Shown in pieces: positions 37,101 to 51,517 of a DNA stretch of 64,000 nt; position 1 is the stretch's first letter; each line of letters starts with the position of its first letter. The position numbers and the translations under genes were made by a program. The DNA lies in contig LSRY02000056.1 of NCBI GenBank assembly GCA_001643675.2, positions 1 through 64,000 on the forward strand. Reading direction: 5' to 3'. The DNA comes from Monocercomonoides exilis PA203 (lineage: Eukaryota > Protista > Preaxostyla). The notes below the pieces were generated by a model. That model was not told the DNA's origin. It made no database searches and was given only the letters and a program-made list of their open reading frames with translations.

Positions 37101-39924
37101 TTTCTCTCACTCGTCTTCGCATTCCTCTTCCTCTTCTTCAAACGACTCGAGCGATTTTGATGGAGATCGGGAGCCACTTTACGAGGCAGATGGATTTGAG
37201 CAATTTGTGTATCCACATTACACACACGTGACACATATCATCAAGGAAAGAGAGGAAATTCTGAAGCTGTTCAGCGAAAATTCTAACCATAATAAAGCAG
37301 ATGGAGTGCATCCAAACGGAAACCAGATGAAATCAGAGGAAATGAAGCAGGCAGAAGTGCCTGCAACGTCGTATTCTGTTGTCCACAGGCAGAGTGCAGA
37401 ATGTCCGATGCCGCTGAAAACGAGTGGAGACGATGGCAATTTCATTGAGACACAACATTCAGATGCAGATGCTGTTTTGGATGGTTGTGGCATCAACAGA
37501 AAAGACGATGGAGCAGAAGCAGATTCAGAAGACGAGTCAGAAAAGGAGGTGGAAGTGATTGGCAGCAAAACAAGCACCTCGAAACTTTCACTGCAACTTG
37601 AACAGGAATTTTTGGGGGTGGGTGAAGAAGACAGAATGAAGAATGGAATTGGGCTGGGAAGATACGGAAGGACAAAGCAGGAAAGAAGGGAACGAAAGAA
37701 GAGAAGAGAAGAAAGAGAAAGAAGAAGACTGGAATCATTCAATCTTTCTAACAGCAGCTCAAATGCAAACATTGGTATTGCCAAAAAAGCAGATGAAAGT
37801 TGCGCAAAATTGCAAATGCCAACTTCTGAAGCAACTTCTTCACCTCGTTCGTTTGCAGATGCAGCATCAGCATCGCTGTCGATTCCATCATCGCCTCTTT
37901 CGCAGCCATCTTCTTCGTCATCGACAGATGGCACACATTCAAATGATTCAAATGCTTCTTCTTGTTCCAAAGTGTCTTCGTCTGCTTATATAGCCACATT
38001 CAACCGATCGTCAGTTGCCCCAGCGCCAGTCAAAATACTCCGCCATTCGAAAGAATCCAACTCAGAAAGCGAAAAAGATGGAGAAAACGACTCTGAAAAG
38101 GAAGAGGAAGAGGAAGAGGAAAAAGCTGAGATTCTTCCTTTGCCACACATTTCTCGTCTCCATCAGCAGACATCGAATGTTCGGAAGTCCCGCAGCTTCA
38201 CCTCCCTTCTCTTCTCTTCTTCGTCTTCGTCTTCGCCTCGCACAGTTGCAACTGCATCTGCAGCTGCTCCTTTCTCTCCGTCTGCCATTTCTCCTTCTGT
38301 CGCCCCTTTTCCTTCAGAACAACCCAACTCATCTGCCCAATCATCTCCTTCTTCTTCTTCTTCTTCTCTGCCCCAATCGCCTTCATCCAGCCAGCAAGGC
38401 TTCGCTATGAATTCAATTGGAATTTCTCTCAATCTGTCTGACTCAAATGGTCCAACACCCACAAATCCCTCTTCTTCCTCTTCTTCCTCTCATCATCTCT
38501 TGAGCACGATTCCTCCTCTTCCTCAGACACAACCTTCTGCCAACACTGCATATGCTTCTCTTTCTGCCACAGATACACTACAGTCCGCAGAAACCAGCCA
38601 GTCTCCTTCGAATCCACCTGCTCTTTCTCGTTCTGCTGCGACTTCTTCTTCCTCTTCTTTGAGTGCATTTCATCGACACCACATCTCCCGCAAATTCAAA
38701 GGCGAAGCTGACATTCCTCTGGTTGAGCCTCCTCCCTTCTCCCAGTTCTCCAGCGAGCCCATTCTGATCAACGAAGAAGGCGAAGAATTCGAAGGACTGA
38801 CTGCTAATGCTCTTCAGCCTGCCAACAAAACAGCTCAAAACAAGAATTCTGCTTCAAATGCAACAAGTTCTATGCTTTCTCCTTCGGTTGTGTCATCATC
38901 TGCTTTTTCTTCTTCGCCTGTCATCTCATCCCCTGCCTCAAATTCTTCGGTATCTCCTTCCTCTCCGCAATCCCTTGGTTCGTCGTCTTCCTCTTCTTCT
39001 TCAGCAGCTCAAACAAATTCATCCACAGAAATTTCACTGACGGCACTTGCTCCACAGTTCAGTTACTCTTCTCTGACAGCATCGACATCTGCTTTGCCTT
39101 CGTCTTCATCTTCATCTTCTGCCAATGCTTCTGAAATGTCATCAAACCAATCTGGAATTGCAATCACAACCACAACCACAACAACCACAACTGTTGCACT
39201 GACATCGTCCACTTCTTCATTGGAGCCATCCAGCAACACACTCGCAGATTCAGTGCCTCCTTCGCCTTCTCCCTTCTTCCCCTCTCCTTCCAACTTGTCT
39301 GCGGCGTCTGCCTCCTTCAACAAGTGGGAGGTGTCTGTCGATGATGATCCGCTTGCCTTTGCGACGCTGCTTTCTCAGACGCCGAAGACGCTGGGGCTGT
39401 TCATTGAGCTGAAGTATTGTTCGCGCTGGTTCCAGAATCTGCATCACTTTTCTCTTTCGTCGCGGAATGAGCTGGTGGATGCAGTGCTGAGTGCGATTGT
39501 GAAGTACGGGCAGGGCAGGAAGAAGATCGTGTTCACGACGTTCGATCCAGAGGTGGTGGTCATTCTGAAAGGGAAGCAGTCAATGTTCCCTGTCTTTTTG
39601 AACACGATGCACGAGAACATTGTCGAATACGAGTCGAACTGCTCTTTCCTCTGCAACGACGCACGAGTGACTACGATACACAACTCCCTTCTGTTTGCGA
39701 AGAGGGAGAAGTGCGAAGGTGTGTGTGAGTACGTGAACACCCTCCTGTCGCACCCGCTGATGGCCATTGGGGCAAGAAGGAACGGGATGCGGATGATGAC
39801 ATATGGAGAGAAGAATGTGAGACAAGAAGTGAGAGATTATCAGAGGATACATCTGGGTGTGTCTGCCATGATATGCGACAATGTGCAGATGGTCGACAGA
39901 GAGGAAAGAAAGAGAAGAAAGTAA
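34199..39924 (+). CDS. Glycerophosphodiester phosphodiesterase, GDE1/GPCPD1-like, with long Ser-rich insertions
   Basis: GHRG..ENT..SF..A....VEFDIHLSADKIPVLTHD, later IELKY, FTTFDP, MTYG and ICD motifs; CBM20-like N-terminus; intron ~34470-34519. Confidence 0.9.
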
Positions 39925-40339
39925 AAACGAACTGACAAAGAACCAGAAAGAAGGTAGGGTAATCAAATAATACAAATTGTGAGAAATAGTTTCTTGAAAT
40001 TATTGTTTTGAAAATGTTATAACTGTTAATGTCAGACAATTTACATAAACTTTTATTATATAAGTCATTTTTAATAACTTTTTTTTGTTGTTGTAAACAG
40101 CTCACGGCTGATAACAATCCATATATTTATTCTTTATTATTCATTTCTATGAGTTCAGGTCGTGCTTAAAATAAAGCGTTGAGCTTTGCGCACGAAATTT
40201 TCATTATTTTTATCTGTAGATTTCTGTTTTCCAATCAATTTATTCTCTTAATTCTAGTAATCAGATTTGAAGACACTGATTAGCATTAATTGAAGCCATT
40301 TTTGTCATCTATTAGTAGTCATGTGATTTTAGTGTTTTA

Positions 40340-40788
40340 CAGTCTAAACCGGATATAATCACGTCGAATATAATCACATTCGCCTATAGTCACATTTTTC
40401 GATGCACCGACATTTTTGGCCTATTTTTCATTCATTTTTAATCGCATATAATCACAGGGCTGATAATATATAATCACAATTTTTATTATTATGGGTGATT
40501 TTTTCAATGAAAAATCGATTTTTTGATCAAAATTTTCAAATTTTCGCTTTTTTAAGATTATGTTCAAATAAGTCTGAATAACATTATAAAACATAAAAAA
40601 TTGTTATTTCTATTGAAAAATGTGTTTTTGTGAAGAATTTCAAATAATAAAAAATTTGACCCAAAATTAATTAATTCAAAAAATAAATTTAATTTTTTCT
40701 GTGTGAAGCAGCATCGTTTATAATCACAATCGGATATAGTCACAAAAAGTTGTGCAAAAACCGATGTGATTATATCCGGTTTAGACTG
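40340..40788. mobile_element. Tc1/mariner-type MITE (449 bp)
   Basis: Perfect 23-bp TIRs CAGTCTAAACCGGATATAATCAC / GTGATTATATCCGGTTTAGACTG, flanked by TA on both sides; internal TATAATCAC repeats; no ORF. Confidence 0.92.
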
Positions 40789-41094
40789 TATATACAATGA
40801 ATAATAAGAAGATTAAATATTTAATTTTTTTAAAGTTAAAAAAGCCACGCAAATTCCTTCATAAATAAAAATATCAAAAGAAGTTACAGAAATGTTTCTT
40901 TGTTTTTTTATGAGATGAGAATGCTTTGCAAATGAGCATTCAATTTCTAACAAAATACTTTTCACCCACTTTTTTTTAATTGTTTTCATTTTATTTGGAA
41001 AACAACTGATACAAAGAGCTTTAAATCATTCGTTAATATCATTTTTATGCGTTTCTCATTTTAAAGGGACTTTAAGCTCTTTATAGGAACTTTT

Positions 41095-42715
41095 ATGAGC
41101 CTTTGGCTTTCTGAATCCAAAGATATTGAACTTTCAAATGATGATCTTGAGATTGAACTGCAAAGGATAGATTTTATTCTATCTGAAGCCGAACCATTTT
41201 TGTCATCTCCCTTCACACAGGAACAAAATTCAAGGGAAAGGTTTGAGTATATTTTTAACTATTTGACATTTTTGCTATTTGTGGGGAAATTTAAGTTTGG
41301 AAAAGACTCAAACTTTTATAGAAAATAAGCTCGCAAAAAGTAGTATTGGGGAAAATGAGAAAACAGTAAAGGATAATCATGAATGTCTCGCACCACAAAT
41401 AAATAATTCTTTGCAAAACCTACTTGTTGGGAATGTGCGTCAAAAGACTGCCAAAAGAAGTATTTTGGATGATTTTACAATAGTGGAAACATCTTCTATT
41501 GGAGGCGCAATTCCTTTAAAGCAAAGACATTACAATGATAAACCAAGAAGTCGATCTGCAGATATTAGTAAAAAGCAACAATCAAATCCTTCACGAGAAA
41601 AAACACGCTCCAACAAGGAAAAGCAAGAAATTAAAAAAGTTTTTCCAAAGAAGCAGAATCGTGTAACTCCTTTAATTTGTTCTCATCGTGGCAATCAGCC
41701 TTTCTTTGTCAAAAGTTCAGAACAACCATCAAATGAATCGGTTTGTAGAAATACTTCTTCAAATTTATCGTGCGAAAATGCGTTACGATCGATTTCTTCT
41801 GATTCCAAGGATTCTGCAAGCAAGGCATCTCCTTCATCGAAAGTTGAAATGCATCCAACGGAATCATCACGGCCTATTTCACATTGTTCAATTTCTTCGC
41901 AATCTTCTCTTTCTTTGTTGTACCAATTAACATCTTCTTCTTCACTTTGCACGGATGAAACAAATTCTTCTTTGGTAACTTCAAAATCATCTTCGTCTTC
42001 TCGCTCTGATTTTGATTCTTCTTCTGTAAATTGTACTTCGAAAGAACAAACAATATTATCCGAAAAAGTTGGAGAGAAAAAAGGTTCAAATGATTCAAAA
42101 GAAGAAGAAGGAGTAAAAGCAATAAGCAAACTAGCATTTTGTTTACAATCTTCTTCATCTGATTCGTCTTCTCCACATTCTCCACCTCCTTCTCCACCTC
42201 CTCCTTTTCCGCCTCCTTCTTCTCCTCTTTCTCCATCTTCTCCGCTTTCTCCTCTTTCTCCACTTTCGCTTTCTTCTCATCCTTCTCCTTCATCTTCTCC
42301 TTCATCTTCTCCTTCATCTTCTCCTCCTATGCCTCTTACACCTTCAACCACTTCTTCTCCTGAGCCTTCTCTTTCTCCTCCACTTTCTCTTCATGTTGCA
42401 ACTTCAAGTCATTTGACTTCTTCTCCTCCCATTCGATCCATCAAATCGTCACACACAAAGGAATCAGATGTTACACAGCAAACCATTCACTCGCCATCAA
42501 CAGCACACAATTTGTCCATCTCTTCTTCTTCTTCTTTGGCAAACATTTCAGCTCCTTGTGCTTCCGATGTCGATTCGCTAAATTATCCAGAGGCAATTTC
42601 AACGCCTATTTCAACATCTCCATATCCCCCGACTTCCCCTTCTCATTCTCCTCCTCCTCCTTCTTCTTCTTCTTCTTCTTCTTCTTCTTCTTCTTCTTCT
42701 TCTTCTTCTTCTTCT

Positions 42716-42750
<35 letters not shown>

Positions 42751-45627
42751 TTCTCCTCCTCCTCCTTCTTCTTCTTCTTCTTTGTCTTCATCTTCATCAT
42801 CGCCTTCGTCTTCGTCTTCGTCTTCAGATACTCAGATTTCTCCACATTCATTCACTCCCATTTCATCTGATTCTACTTCTCAATCTTCCATTCCCATCTT
42901 GTCTGTGCCTGTGAAGCGATCACACGAACATTTGCAAGAGCAACCGTGTCATTCGCCTTCTCCTTCGACTCCATCTGTTCTTCTGTTCAAATCCATCTCT
43001 GAATTGTTTCCTGCATTTCGAGGTGCCTCCAAAGACGATCCAGCATTTATGGACACTCTGCGCGAACAGAGCAAGGCAATGGAATGGTGTGTGGAGCAGA
43101 TGAAGAAAGCACACGACGAAAGAGAAGCCACAAAAAAGGAGAATTGTTCACTGTGTTTTCCTTCCAATTCTTCACCGCGCTTCCTTTTTCTTTCGCTGCG
43201 TGAAGGAAGAGGAGATCTGAAGGCTGTCTTTTCAGGAGCAATTGAACTGCTCCAAAAGAAACACAACGTTATAACTGTGGAAATTCCTTCTGATGCCCCT
43301 TTTTTGTCCTTTGATGTGTTTTGGTCTTGGAACAAACAGGATCTGCCTCTCAAACAGCTCCTCAGCTGGCAGTCAATCAATCACCTTCCTGACAACAGAG
43401 AAATGACAAGAAAAGATCTTCTCAAGAGAAACCTTGCAAAGTATTTGAATAACAATGAGAAAGATAAGGAAAATGGAAGAAAATGTATGTGGATTTATTT
43501 CTTTGTATTTAACTAGATTTTGAGAGAGAGAAGAAATCAGAAAGTGAAATAAGATGCATGATTATTGAACATATTTAACTGTTGCATCACATTTTTTCTA
43601 TTTTCGTAATAATCATGAAATAATTGATTGATTATAACACATTTTTGAATTGTTATAACGAAATTAACTGTATTTTACAATTTATCATAATTATTATTAT
43701 TTTGCGAATTCAGCTTGTTCAATCACACCTGAGACGTATCTTCTGCCACAAGAATACAAAGAGTTCATATCAGCTTACATCAAAGACGAAGAAGAAAGAG
43801 AGGCGTTGGGATTGTGCCCTCCTGTTTTGACATCGTCGTCTTCTCATTCTCGTGGAAAGGCAGTGAATCTTTCGAACTTCTCCATTTTGACACAAATGCA
43901 GGCATCTTCCTCGTCTTCAGCATTTTATCAGAGAATTCCAGGCTCTTCTTCCACACTCTCACAATTTCCTTCTTCTTCTTCTCAGAATAAGTCAGACCAG
44001 CAGCTGCGTCTGTTCTTTGAAGCGTCGTCTGGCTGCCCGCCGCTCCACACGCAGCGCCACAAGCAGCGCGAGCTGAGTCGCGTGTGGGTGTACAAGCCGT
44101 CTGGCCTGTCGCGCGGGAGGGGCATACGACTGATCACCCATCCCTCTCAAGTCTCTTTGGCGGAGTCGGCTGTCGTGCAGCGCTACATCGAGCGGCCTCT
44201 GCTGCTGTGCGGGTGCAAGTTCGATCTGCGGGTGTATGTGCTGATCAGGAAGAGGAAGAAGTGCTGGGGAGAGAGAATAGAGAAGGTGGAGACAGAACAT
44301 TCTGACGCCAAAGAGAAAGGAAGGGCAAAGGGGTTGCATCGCACCAACCAGGCAGATTATGTGGTGTGTGAGTTGAAGGAAGGGCACGAAGAGTTGGAAG
44401 CGTGGATCTACAAAGAAGGACTCACACGAATGAGCACAAAGCTCTTTTCAGACGAGCCTCTTTCGCTGAAAAAGGTTGTTCCATTTTCAGCTGGCACACA
44501 AAATCAGCAAGTGTCTCAATCAGATCTATCTTCTCAAACACACTCTACTCGTTCTTCCTCTCCTTGTGCTTCAAAGAACAGAGGCATTTCTCCACTTTCT
44601 TCTGTTTCTTCTTCTTCTTCTTCTGCGACTACTGCTACTACCACGAATTCATCATCATCGTCATCTTCTTCTTCTTCTTCAACTGTTATTCCTCCTCTTT
44701 TATCCCATCTCGATCCAGACGAAGCACAGCTCCTTCTGATGCACTTGACCAACAGCTCCCTCCATCACTCGCTTCCTCTGCCTCCTTTCTTCCCAGTCGA
44801 TCCAAAAGGCGACGGGCGATCGAAGATTTCTCTCTCTTTTCTGAAGGAGCTTATCGACTTCAGAGAAAAGCACGGGGAAAATGCGACATATGCGAGCTAT
44901 TTGGAGCACCTGTCTCGTTCTGAGGCTGAGTGTGCGTCTGATTGCAGATGCAGCTCTTCCAATTGTCATCCCCCGCACACACCGCCCCTCTTCACTGTCG
45001 ATTTAGACGCAGATCCTCCGCTCACCTGGACTTCGTTGTGGAAGCGTGTCAAGCAGGTCATTTCAACCACTCTGCGTGCTGTGAATCATTCGCTCCATGC
45101 AAACGAGCACTGCTTCGACTTGCTTGGCTTCGATGTTATGTTCAATCGCTCTCTAACACCATTTCTGCTGGAAGTCAACTCATCGCCGTCTTTGGCTCTG
45201 GACACTGAACTCGACAGGAGCGTGAAAATACAGCTGATTGCAGACACCCTCAGAATGGTGAGCTGTTGGGGCTTTGACAGAGGGAAAATGACTGATCTGA
45301 TCAAAAGATACGCAAGTTCTCGACCTGCATCGAGAGATCCCCAGCCTCCAAAGAACAGAAAAGGTATGTTTATTCTTTTTTGAAATTTAGGGATTTTTAA
45401 ATGAAACGATAAAAGTTTTAAATAGAAAAACATTTTTGTGAAATTTTTTTGTTTTTTTTTATTTTGCAGAGTTTTTTAATTATTACAATTATTTTTTTGA
45501 TTATTATTTTTTCCATCCAATTTTAGAATTGAACGAATGGCTACTTACAATGATCGACGAAAAGACTTTACAACCATTTCACGAAGACCCCACTGACATC
45601 ACTTCATACGAACAATTACAAATATAA
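41095..45627 (+). CDS. Tubulin-tyrosine ligase-like (TTLL) polyglutamylase-type protein, four exons
   Basis: Motifs INHLP..EMTRKDLL, PETYLLP, WVYKP....GRGI, VVQRYIERPLL..KFDLRVYVL, HLTNSS, CFDLLGFDVM and LLEVNSSPSL; introns near 41240, 43485 and 45364. Confidence 0.92.
42660..42752 (+). repeat. (TCT)n microsatellite encoding about 30 Ser within TTLL
   Basis: Directly visible trinucleotide run. Confidence 0.95.
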
Positions 45628-46189
45628 TAATTTTTTTTTAATGGATTCAGATTTCTTTTTTTTTTTTTTGTTACATTGAAATGTTTGTTTGAAATTGCTC
45701 ATTTAGCTTTAAAAACAGTGTACTTTATAATTTTGTTTATGAATTGAAAATAAATAACTTAATGTTTCCAGAAATTCAGTAAGTTTTGAAAATAGAATAG
45801 CCTTAATTATTAATTTAATTTAAAAATGAGATCAACAAGGAGAAACAATAAAACATCATTGCCCATTTTCAAAGTTTGCAGCATACTTCACATGATTTCG
45901 AACATTTATTTTTGTATTTTAAATTGTCCAAACTCTTCCTTCTTCAATTATTAATTATTTTTGCATTAATATTTTTGAACTCACACGTTATCGGAATGTA
46001 ATTTGCTGTCATCCCACAAAGGATATCAGCATAAAGACAGATAACAATGAATGTTTGTGAATTGAACATTTTCTTTTTGTTTTCTTTAAAAAGAAAATGT
46101 ATTGATTATTGATTCACAGCAACACAAGCTCTGGAAGATTTGACGACAAAATTAATGTTTGTAAATTGGAGATACAATTCTTTTTTTAA

Positions 46190-49100
46190 ATGTTTTTGAT
46201 TTTAAGATCTCAAAAATTTAAAGCAGATGAATTGAAAGTTATTTCAAAGAAAATCAACGATTTGCTTTCGTTGTTTGTCGGAAAGATGGAAAATGTTCCA
46301 TCTTATATACTCTACAATATTCTTCAAGAAGGTGAAAAAGTACTTTTCAAAACGGATTCTGATGAAGTGACAATTTCATTTGCATCAGCAATTATTAAGA
46401 TAACTGATTCAAAATCTTATTCCAAAGCACACAGAAAGTCAAAGGGGATAGAAGTTCCATTAACCGGACAAGAAAAAAGGAACATGACAGGATATTATGG
46501 TCAGATACTTCCGAAGACAAAAACTTGCCTTGTTTCTGATTTCGCTACTTCGCCTCTTCTTCAAAACATCATGTTTAAAGGGAATATTGCATCGGCCGCA
46601 GTAGAACGGATACTTGCAACGGAAAGCGATGAGGTATTAAGCGTGTTGTCGAAACTTATTTTGAATTTTGTTAAAATGGCTGATGTGGAAGGAATTGCAA
46701 CACTTACCAGGCAGAATGTGTTTGATGGGATTGACTCCATTCTGATAAGGTGCCAAAATATTGAAGGTTTAACGGATGCCATCACTTCTCTGCAACTGGC
46801 TCACAACGTTGGAAAAGCAATTCCACCTAAAATATTTCCAAATTGGATGACAGACTTCGATAATTATCAATTTGAAGCTGATCTGGCTGAGATAGCTGTT
46901 GGCAACAAACACAGAGGAATGGCTAAGAAAAAGAGAACTGGAAGAAAAAGCGGGCATGAGCATTTTGTTGATGTTCAATGTGAGATTGATAACACAAAAG
47001 GGCTGTATGATGGGTGTGCGGCAGTGGAGCATGAAGATGAAAAACAAGAAAGAAAAGAGAGCAAAGCTGATGAAGATGGATGCAAAAAGAATGAAGAACA
47101 GAAAGAAATTGAAGAAGAAAGCAGAAAAATGAAAAATTCAGAGCGAGAAAAGAAAGAAACAAGAAATACTTCAAAAGAAAAAAATAAATCTGAAGAGAAA
47201 ACTAAACAGAGAATGAGAAGAAGAGCAATGAATGAAAATGAAATAGAAACAGAAAATCTGCAAAAAAGAAAGCAAGGTATAGGGAAAGATTTGCATTTGC
47301 ATTCGGAATTTCCAGCATCAACATATGACGATATATCCAAAAAGCCATTTCTCCCGTTTTCTGTGCGTTTAAAAGCCACTCTTGCTCTTTTGAGACTCAG
47401 ATTCTGTTACAATAAGTTTCAACCTCTCAAAAACATTGTTCAAGTTCTCATGGAAGGAATAACATTACCTGAAGATGCAGAAGCGGAATACCTGAAGAGA
47501 AAGAAACAAAGAGCGTCTGACGGTGCAGTTAGAGGTGAAAGTGAAGATAACGAATTTTCCGATGAAGGTGACTTTTTGGAGTTGATGAATGGAAAGTTAA
47601 ATGTTTTTCAGATACGCTACTGTATCCTTTGTATCGACAGATTGTCACAATATTTACGTTTGTTAGTTATTTTGTTTGATATGTTTGAAATTAAATCAAA
47701 ATAATTTTTTAATTCATCTTTTATTCATTCTAGGCCCATCAGAGTTACTGACACGTCCAAAAAATCATGACGATCTAAGTGACAATCAATTCAAAGCATT
47801 AATTGATTTGCTGATTCGTTTGAACAAGTCTGCCTTTTTCTATATGCAAATAGTGAAGTTGAAAATGTGCAACTTATTTTTTTAGATTTCCAGATCATTT
47901 ATTTTTCTTATTGTCAAGCCATTGCATTGAAGCATTGAGTTTGTCGTGTCCTAAAAGGGTGAAGCAATTGTATTTATCAACATTTGAGAGCCAACCAATG
48001 GAAGAATTAGATGATATTGAAGAAGATATGGAAAAAATTATGGAAACTTATACCAAAAAGGTGAAGGAAAGGGGAATACAAAAAGAAGAAACAATAATTA
48101 TAAGTACAAAATTCAGAAATTCTTATTATGATTTACCATTTGATTTAAAGACAAATCATTTCGCTCCATTTCACCGAGTTAAAAAGCCTTTGGTCGAAAA
48201 TTTTGAGACTCCAGCCGAATACAGATTCTATTGCAATACTTGTGCGAGCTTATATAAGTTTGAGAACAGAAAAAACTTGGAGTGTTATACAAGAACATTT
48301 ACTGCTCAAAACATTGATGATAGATTTGACTATGGAAATCAAGACTCTTCAGTGACTGTACATTTGTTTCACTGTTCGCCAACTGCTTTGCATTTCAACC
48401 ACACAATCAAATGCCTTGGAGCTCTTTGCTCATCTAATACAAGTATTTGTGATGATATTGTTATTCGACCTTTCTTTGAAAGACTGATGAATCGGATGTC
48501 TCATCCTTTTCCTTTTATGGCTCCCATTTCTGTTCTCAATTTGGATTGTGATGCTTTTCAACAGCAAACACTTGAGTCTATACAGCTTGCAATTGATATC
48601 TTTGTAATAAATGTTATGGCAAACATTGCGAGAGAGCTTCCGTTTGTGTTTGAGATGGGATTCGTGAGGATACTGTTTGAATGGTTGATTAATGGAAGAG
48701 ACTCTAATAGAAAGTTAGTGCTTTATCCAATTCAAATGATACGAGAAGCATGTATTGCATTCCTGAATATTTCAAGAGAAATTAGGATAAATGAAGTTAT
48801 ACCGTACAACGAAAGCGTGGTAGCGCGTAACAAAGTATTGGATAAAGAAGATAACAAGAATTATGATGCACCAATGTTGGCTCCAATACAGACAGTTTCA
48901 CTACTTGAAATAAATATGTGCTATCAGGGATATAATTTTGAAAAAAACTACGATACAGTGACTGGAAAACATTTACAGATGCAATTGGAGTGCTTTGACG
49001 AGGATGTGGAGGAGCTTACGAAAGGAGAGGATGTTGGTATTTGTCTTCTTCGTTTAATTGACGATACAATTGAAGAAATTGGAATTCGAGATATTGTCGA

Positions 49101-49335
49101 AGCCACACCTCAAGCGAATAGTATTCAGTTGTTTTGGCTTTGTTCTGGCAGTTTGCCCAAAAAAGACAGAATCATAACTCCATATGAATCAGAAACATCT
49201 GCAGAAGAAGAAATTAAGCGTCTTCCATTTGTTGCTTTTGAACCTAAACCTTCAGATTTATCTGATGAATTGAATCTTGATAATGATTTAAACATGAATG
49301 ACTTTACAATGGAGCAGCCTGATGTTTTCAATTAA
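46190..49335 (+). CDS. Hypothetical multi-exon protein, possibly ARM-like; true start probably slightly upstream
   Basis: Co-oriented 504-aa and 474-aa ORFs with a small intervening exon and intron-like AT-rich gaps; no diagnostic motif. Confidence 0.65.
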
Positions 49336-49862
49336 CTTTATTTGAAGTTGAATATAGTCGTAATTGAACGGCATAACGTTTTTGTCGCTTTTTGTTTGTT
49401 ATGAGCTTCTTTTGTTGATATGAAACATTAATAATATTTCGAATTTTGAAAAGTCGTTTTTTCCTTGTTTGTCTTTTTTTTTTGTTTTTGGTTTAGTTTT
49501 TGTTTTGTTTTGTTTTCGTTGTTATTGGAGAGTTGAAACTGTTGAATTCTTTATTTTTCAACTTTATTTTTTTTTTTTTTTTTGTTTTTTAATTTTTTTT
49601 CAAATTATTATGGAGTGTTAAAATGGAAATAGTTAGAAATTAATTTTTCATGAACTGTTTTAAAGTGCAGTCATCTTAGAGTATTTTTCTCTTTTCTTAA
49701 TTATAACATTTTTTTTCAGTTGCAATCGGCTTTATGTAGCTTTTTGTCATTAAATAATGATGATGATAAAATACGCATGTTATTAATAAATTTTGGTTAA
49801 CTTCTCAATAAAATGAAATCAATTTTGTTCAAAAAGAGTTTTTGAAATTGTTATATCAAATT

Positions 49863-49918
<56 letters not shown>

Positions 49919-49922
49919 AATA

Positions 49923-50607
49923 CATTAGTCGGGAGAAACCCGAGCCAGTGATCTTTTTCGAATATTTTTCTTTTTTTCATCGATGAACAATTTGAAAAAA
50001 ACGAAATAATTTCACATTATAATACATACGAATATGATGGTATGCATGTGGTTTTCGTGTTTCTTTGTTGAATGTATCTATGAAAAAAAATTATTTTTGA
50101 TCAAAAATTTTTTCAGTGAAAATTTTTACTAATTATGAAGAAGAAAAAATTTCTCGATTTGGCATCATTATTGTATATTACACACACATGCAATTCATTT
50201 ACGAGTGTTTTCAATTTTCTTCAGTGGCTGTGTGAAAAGTCGAATTTATTACACAGAAAATTTTTTATTTCTCATTCAGCCACTGAAGAAAATTGAAAAC
50301 ACTCGTAAATGAATTGCATGTGTGTGTAATATACAATAATGATGCCAAATCGAGAAATTTTTTCTTCTTCATAATTAGTAAAAATTTTCACTGAAAAAAA
50401 TTTTTGATCAAAAATAATTTTTTTTCATAGATACATTCAACAAAGAAACACGAAAACCACATGCATACCATCATATTCGTATGTATTATAATGTGAAATT
50501 ATTTCGTTTTTTTCAAATTGTTCATCGATGAAAAAAAAGAAAAATATTCGAAAAAAGATCACTGGCTCGGGTTTCCTCCCTGGCTCGGGTTTCCACCCCG
50601 ACTAATG
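49923..50607. mobile_element. Fold-back element / long palindrome (arms ~308 bp, 46-bp spacer)
   Basis: 49923-50230 is the near-perfect reverse complement of 50277-50607; termini CATTAGTCGGG / CCCGACTAATG. Confidence 0.85.
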
Positions 50608-50920
50608 ATTTTTTATTTTTATATGCTTCTAACTGGAAATATATAAATGACATTAATAAGTTCTCTTTGTGCAACAAAGGATAAAAAAAAAGACAAGAAA
50701 AAGAAAAAGAAACATGATAATTGTTTTAGGATGGTACAACAAAAATTTTTCAAAAGCAAAAAACTTGAATTCAATATTGTTATTGGTTTTCAAAATGAGA
50801 AATATTTTATTCAGTAAGCCTGTCTGACCTGACAAATCATTTTTTGCCTCGTTCGTCACTTAAAAAAATAAACAAAAATGGAAATAAAATAAAATTTAAA
50901 AATATATATATATATTATTA

Positions 50921-51292
50921 TTATTCCAGATGGCGCATAAAATCCCGGATAAGATCGATTTCACAATAACTGCAAAAGGAGAAATTCTGTATATTTTCCT
51001 CAAAATATATCTCATCAATACAAACTCTTTTGATATATGAAACTTCCATAACTTCCTCGTATGTGCTCAAAAAAACTAAATTTTGAAATTTTCGGAAAAA
51101 TTCAAAATCCGATTTCTCCGAAATTTCAATCATTCATTTTTTTTGAGCACAAATGAAGATATATTGAAAGTTTTGTATATCAAATGAGTTAGCATTGTTA
51201 AGATATATTTTGAGGAAAATTGTCAGAATTATTGCTCTTGCAGTTATTGTGAAATCGATCCTGTCAGGTCTTTTGTGCGATGTCCGGTATTT
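50921..51292. repeat. Diverged inverted repeat (MITE-like)
   Basis: GATCGATTTCACAATAACTGCAA / TTGCAGTTATTGTGAAATCGATC and TTTTCCTCAAAATATATCT / AGATATATTTTGAGGAAAA mirror each other around a central hairpin. Confidence 0.8.
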
Positions 51293-51517
51293 AATGCGAT
51301 ATCTGTATCATTAAAAAAATTTGAATAATAATTTTGTTCAAACTTTGTTCTTGAGTGTTTTCATTTGTTTGTCGAAGATTGATAAAATTATATTATTTCA
51401 TCAAAACACACCATTATGAAATATTTTTTTCTTTTCAAACAAATCAATCAACTCACACGTTTTTCAAAAGCATTCCAAAATGTTTGTGATAAATGCATTG
51501 AATAATAATTTCATTGT

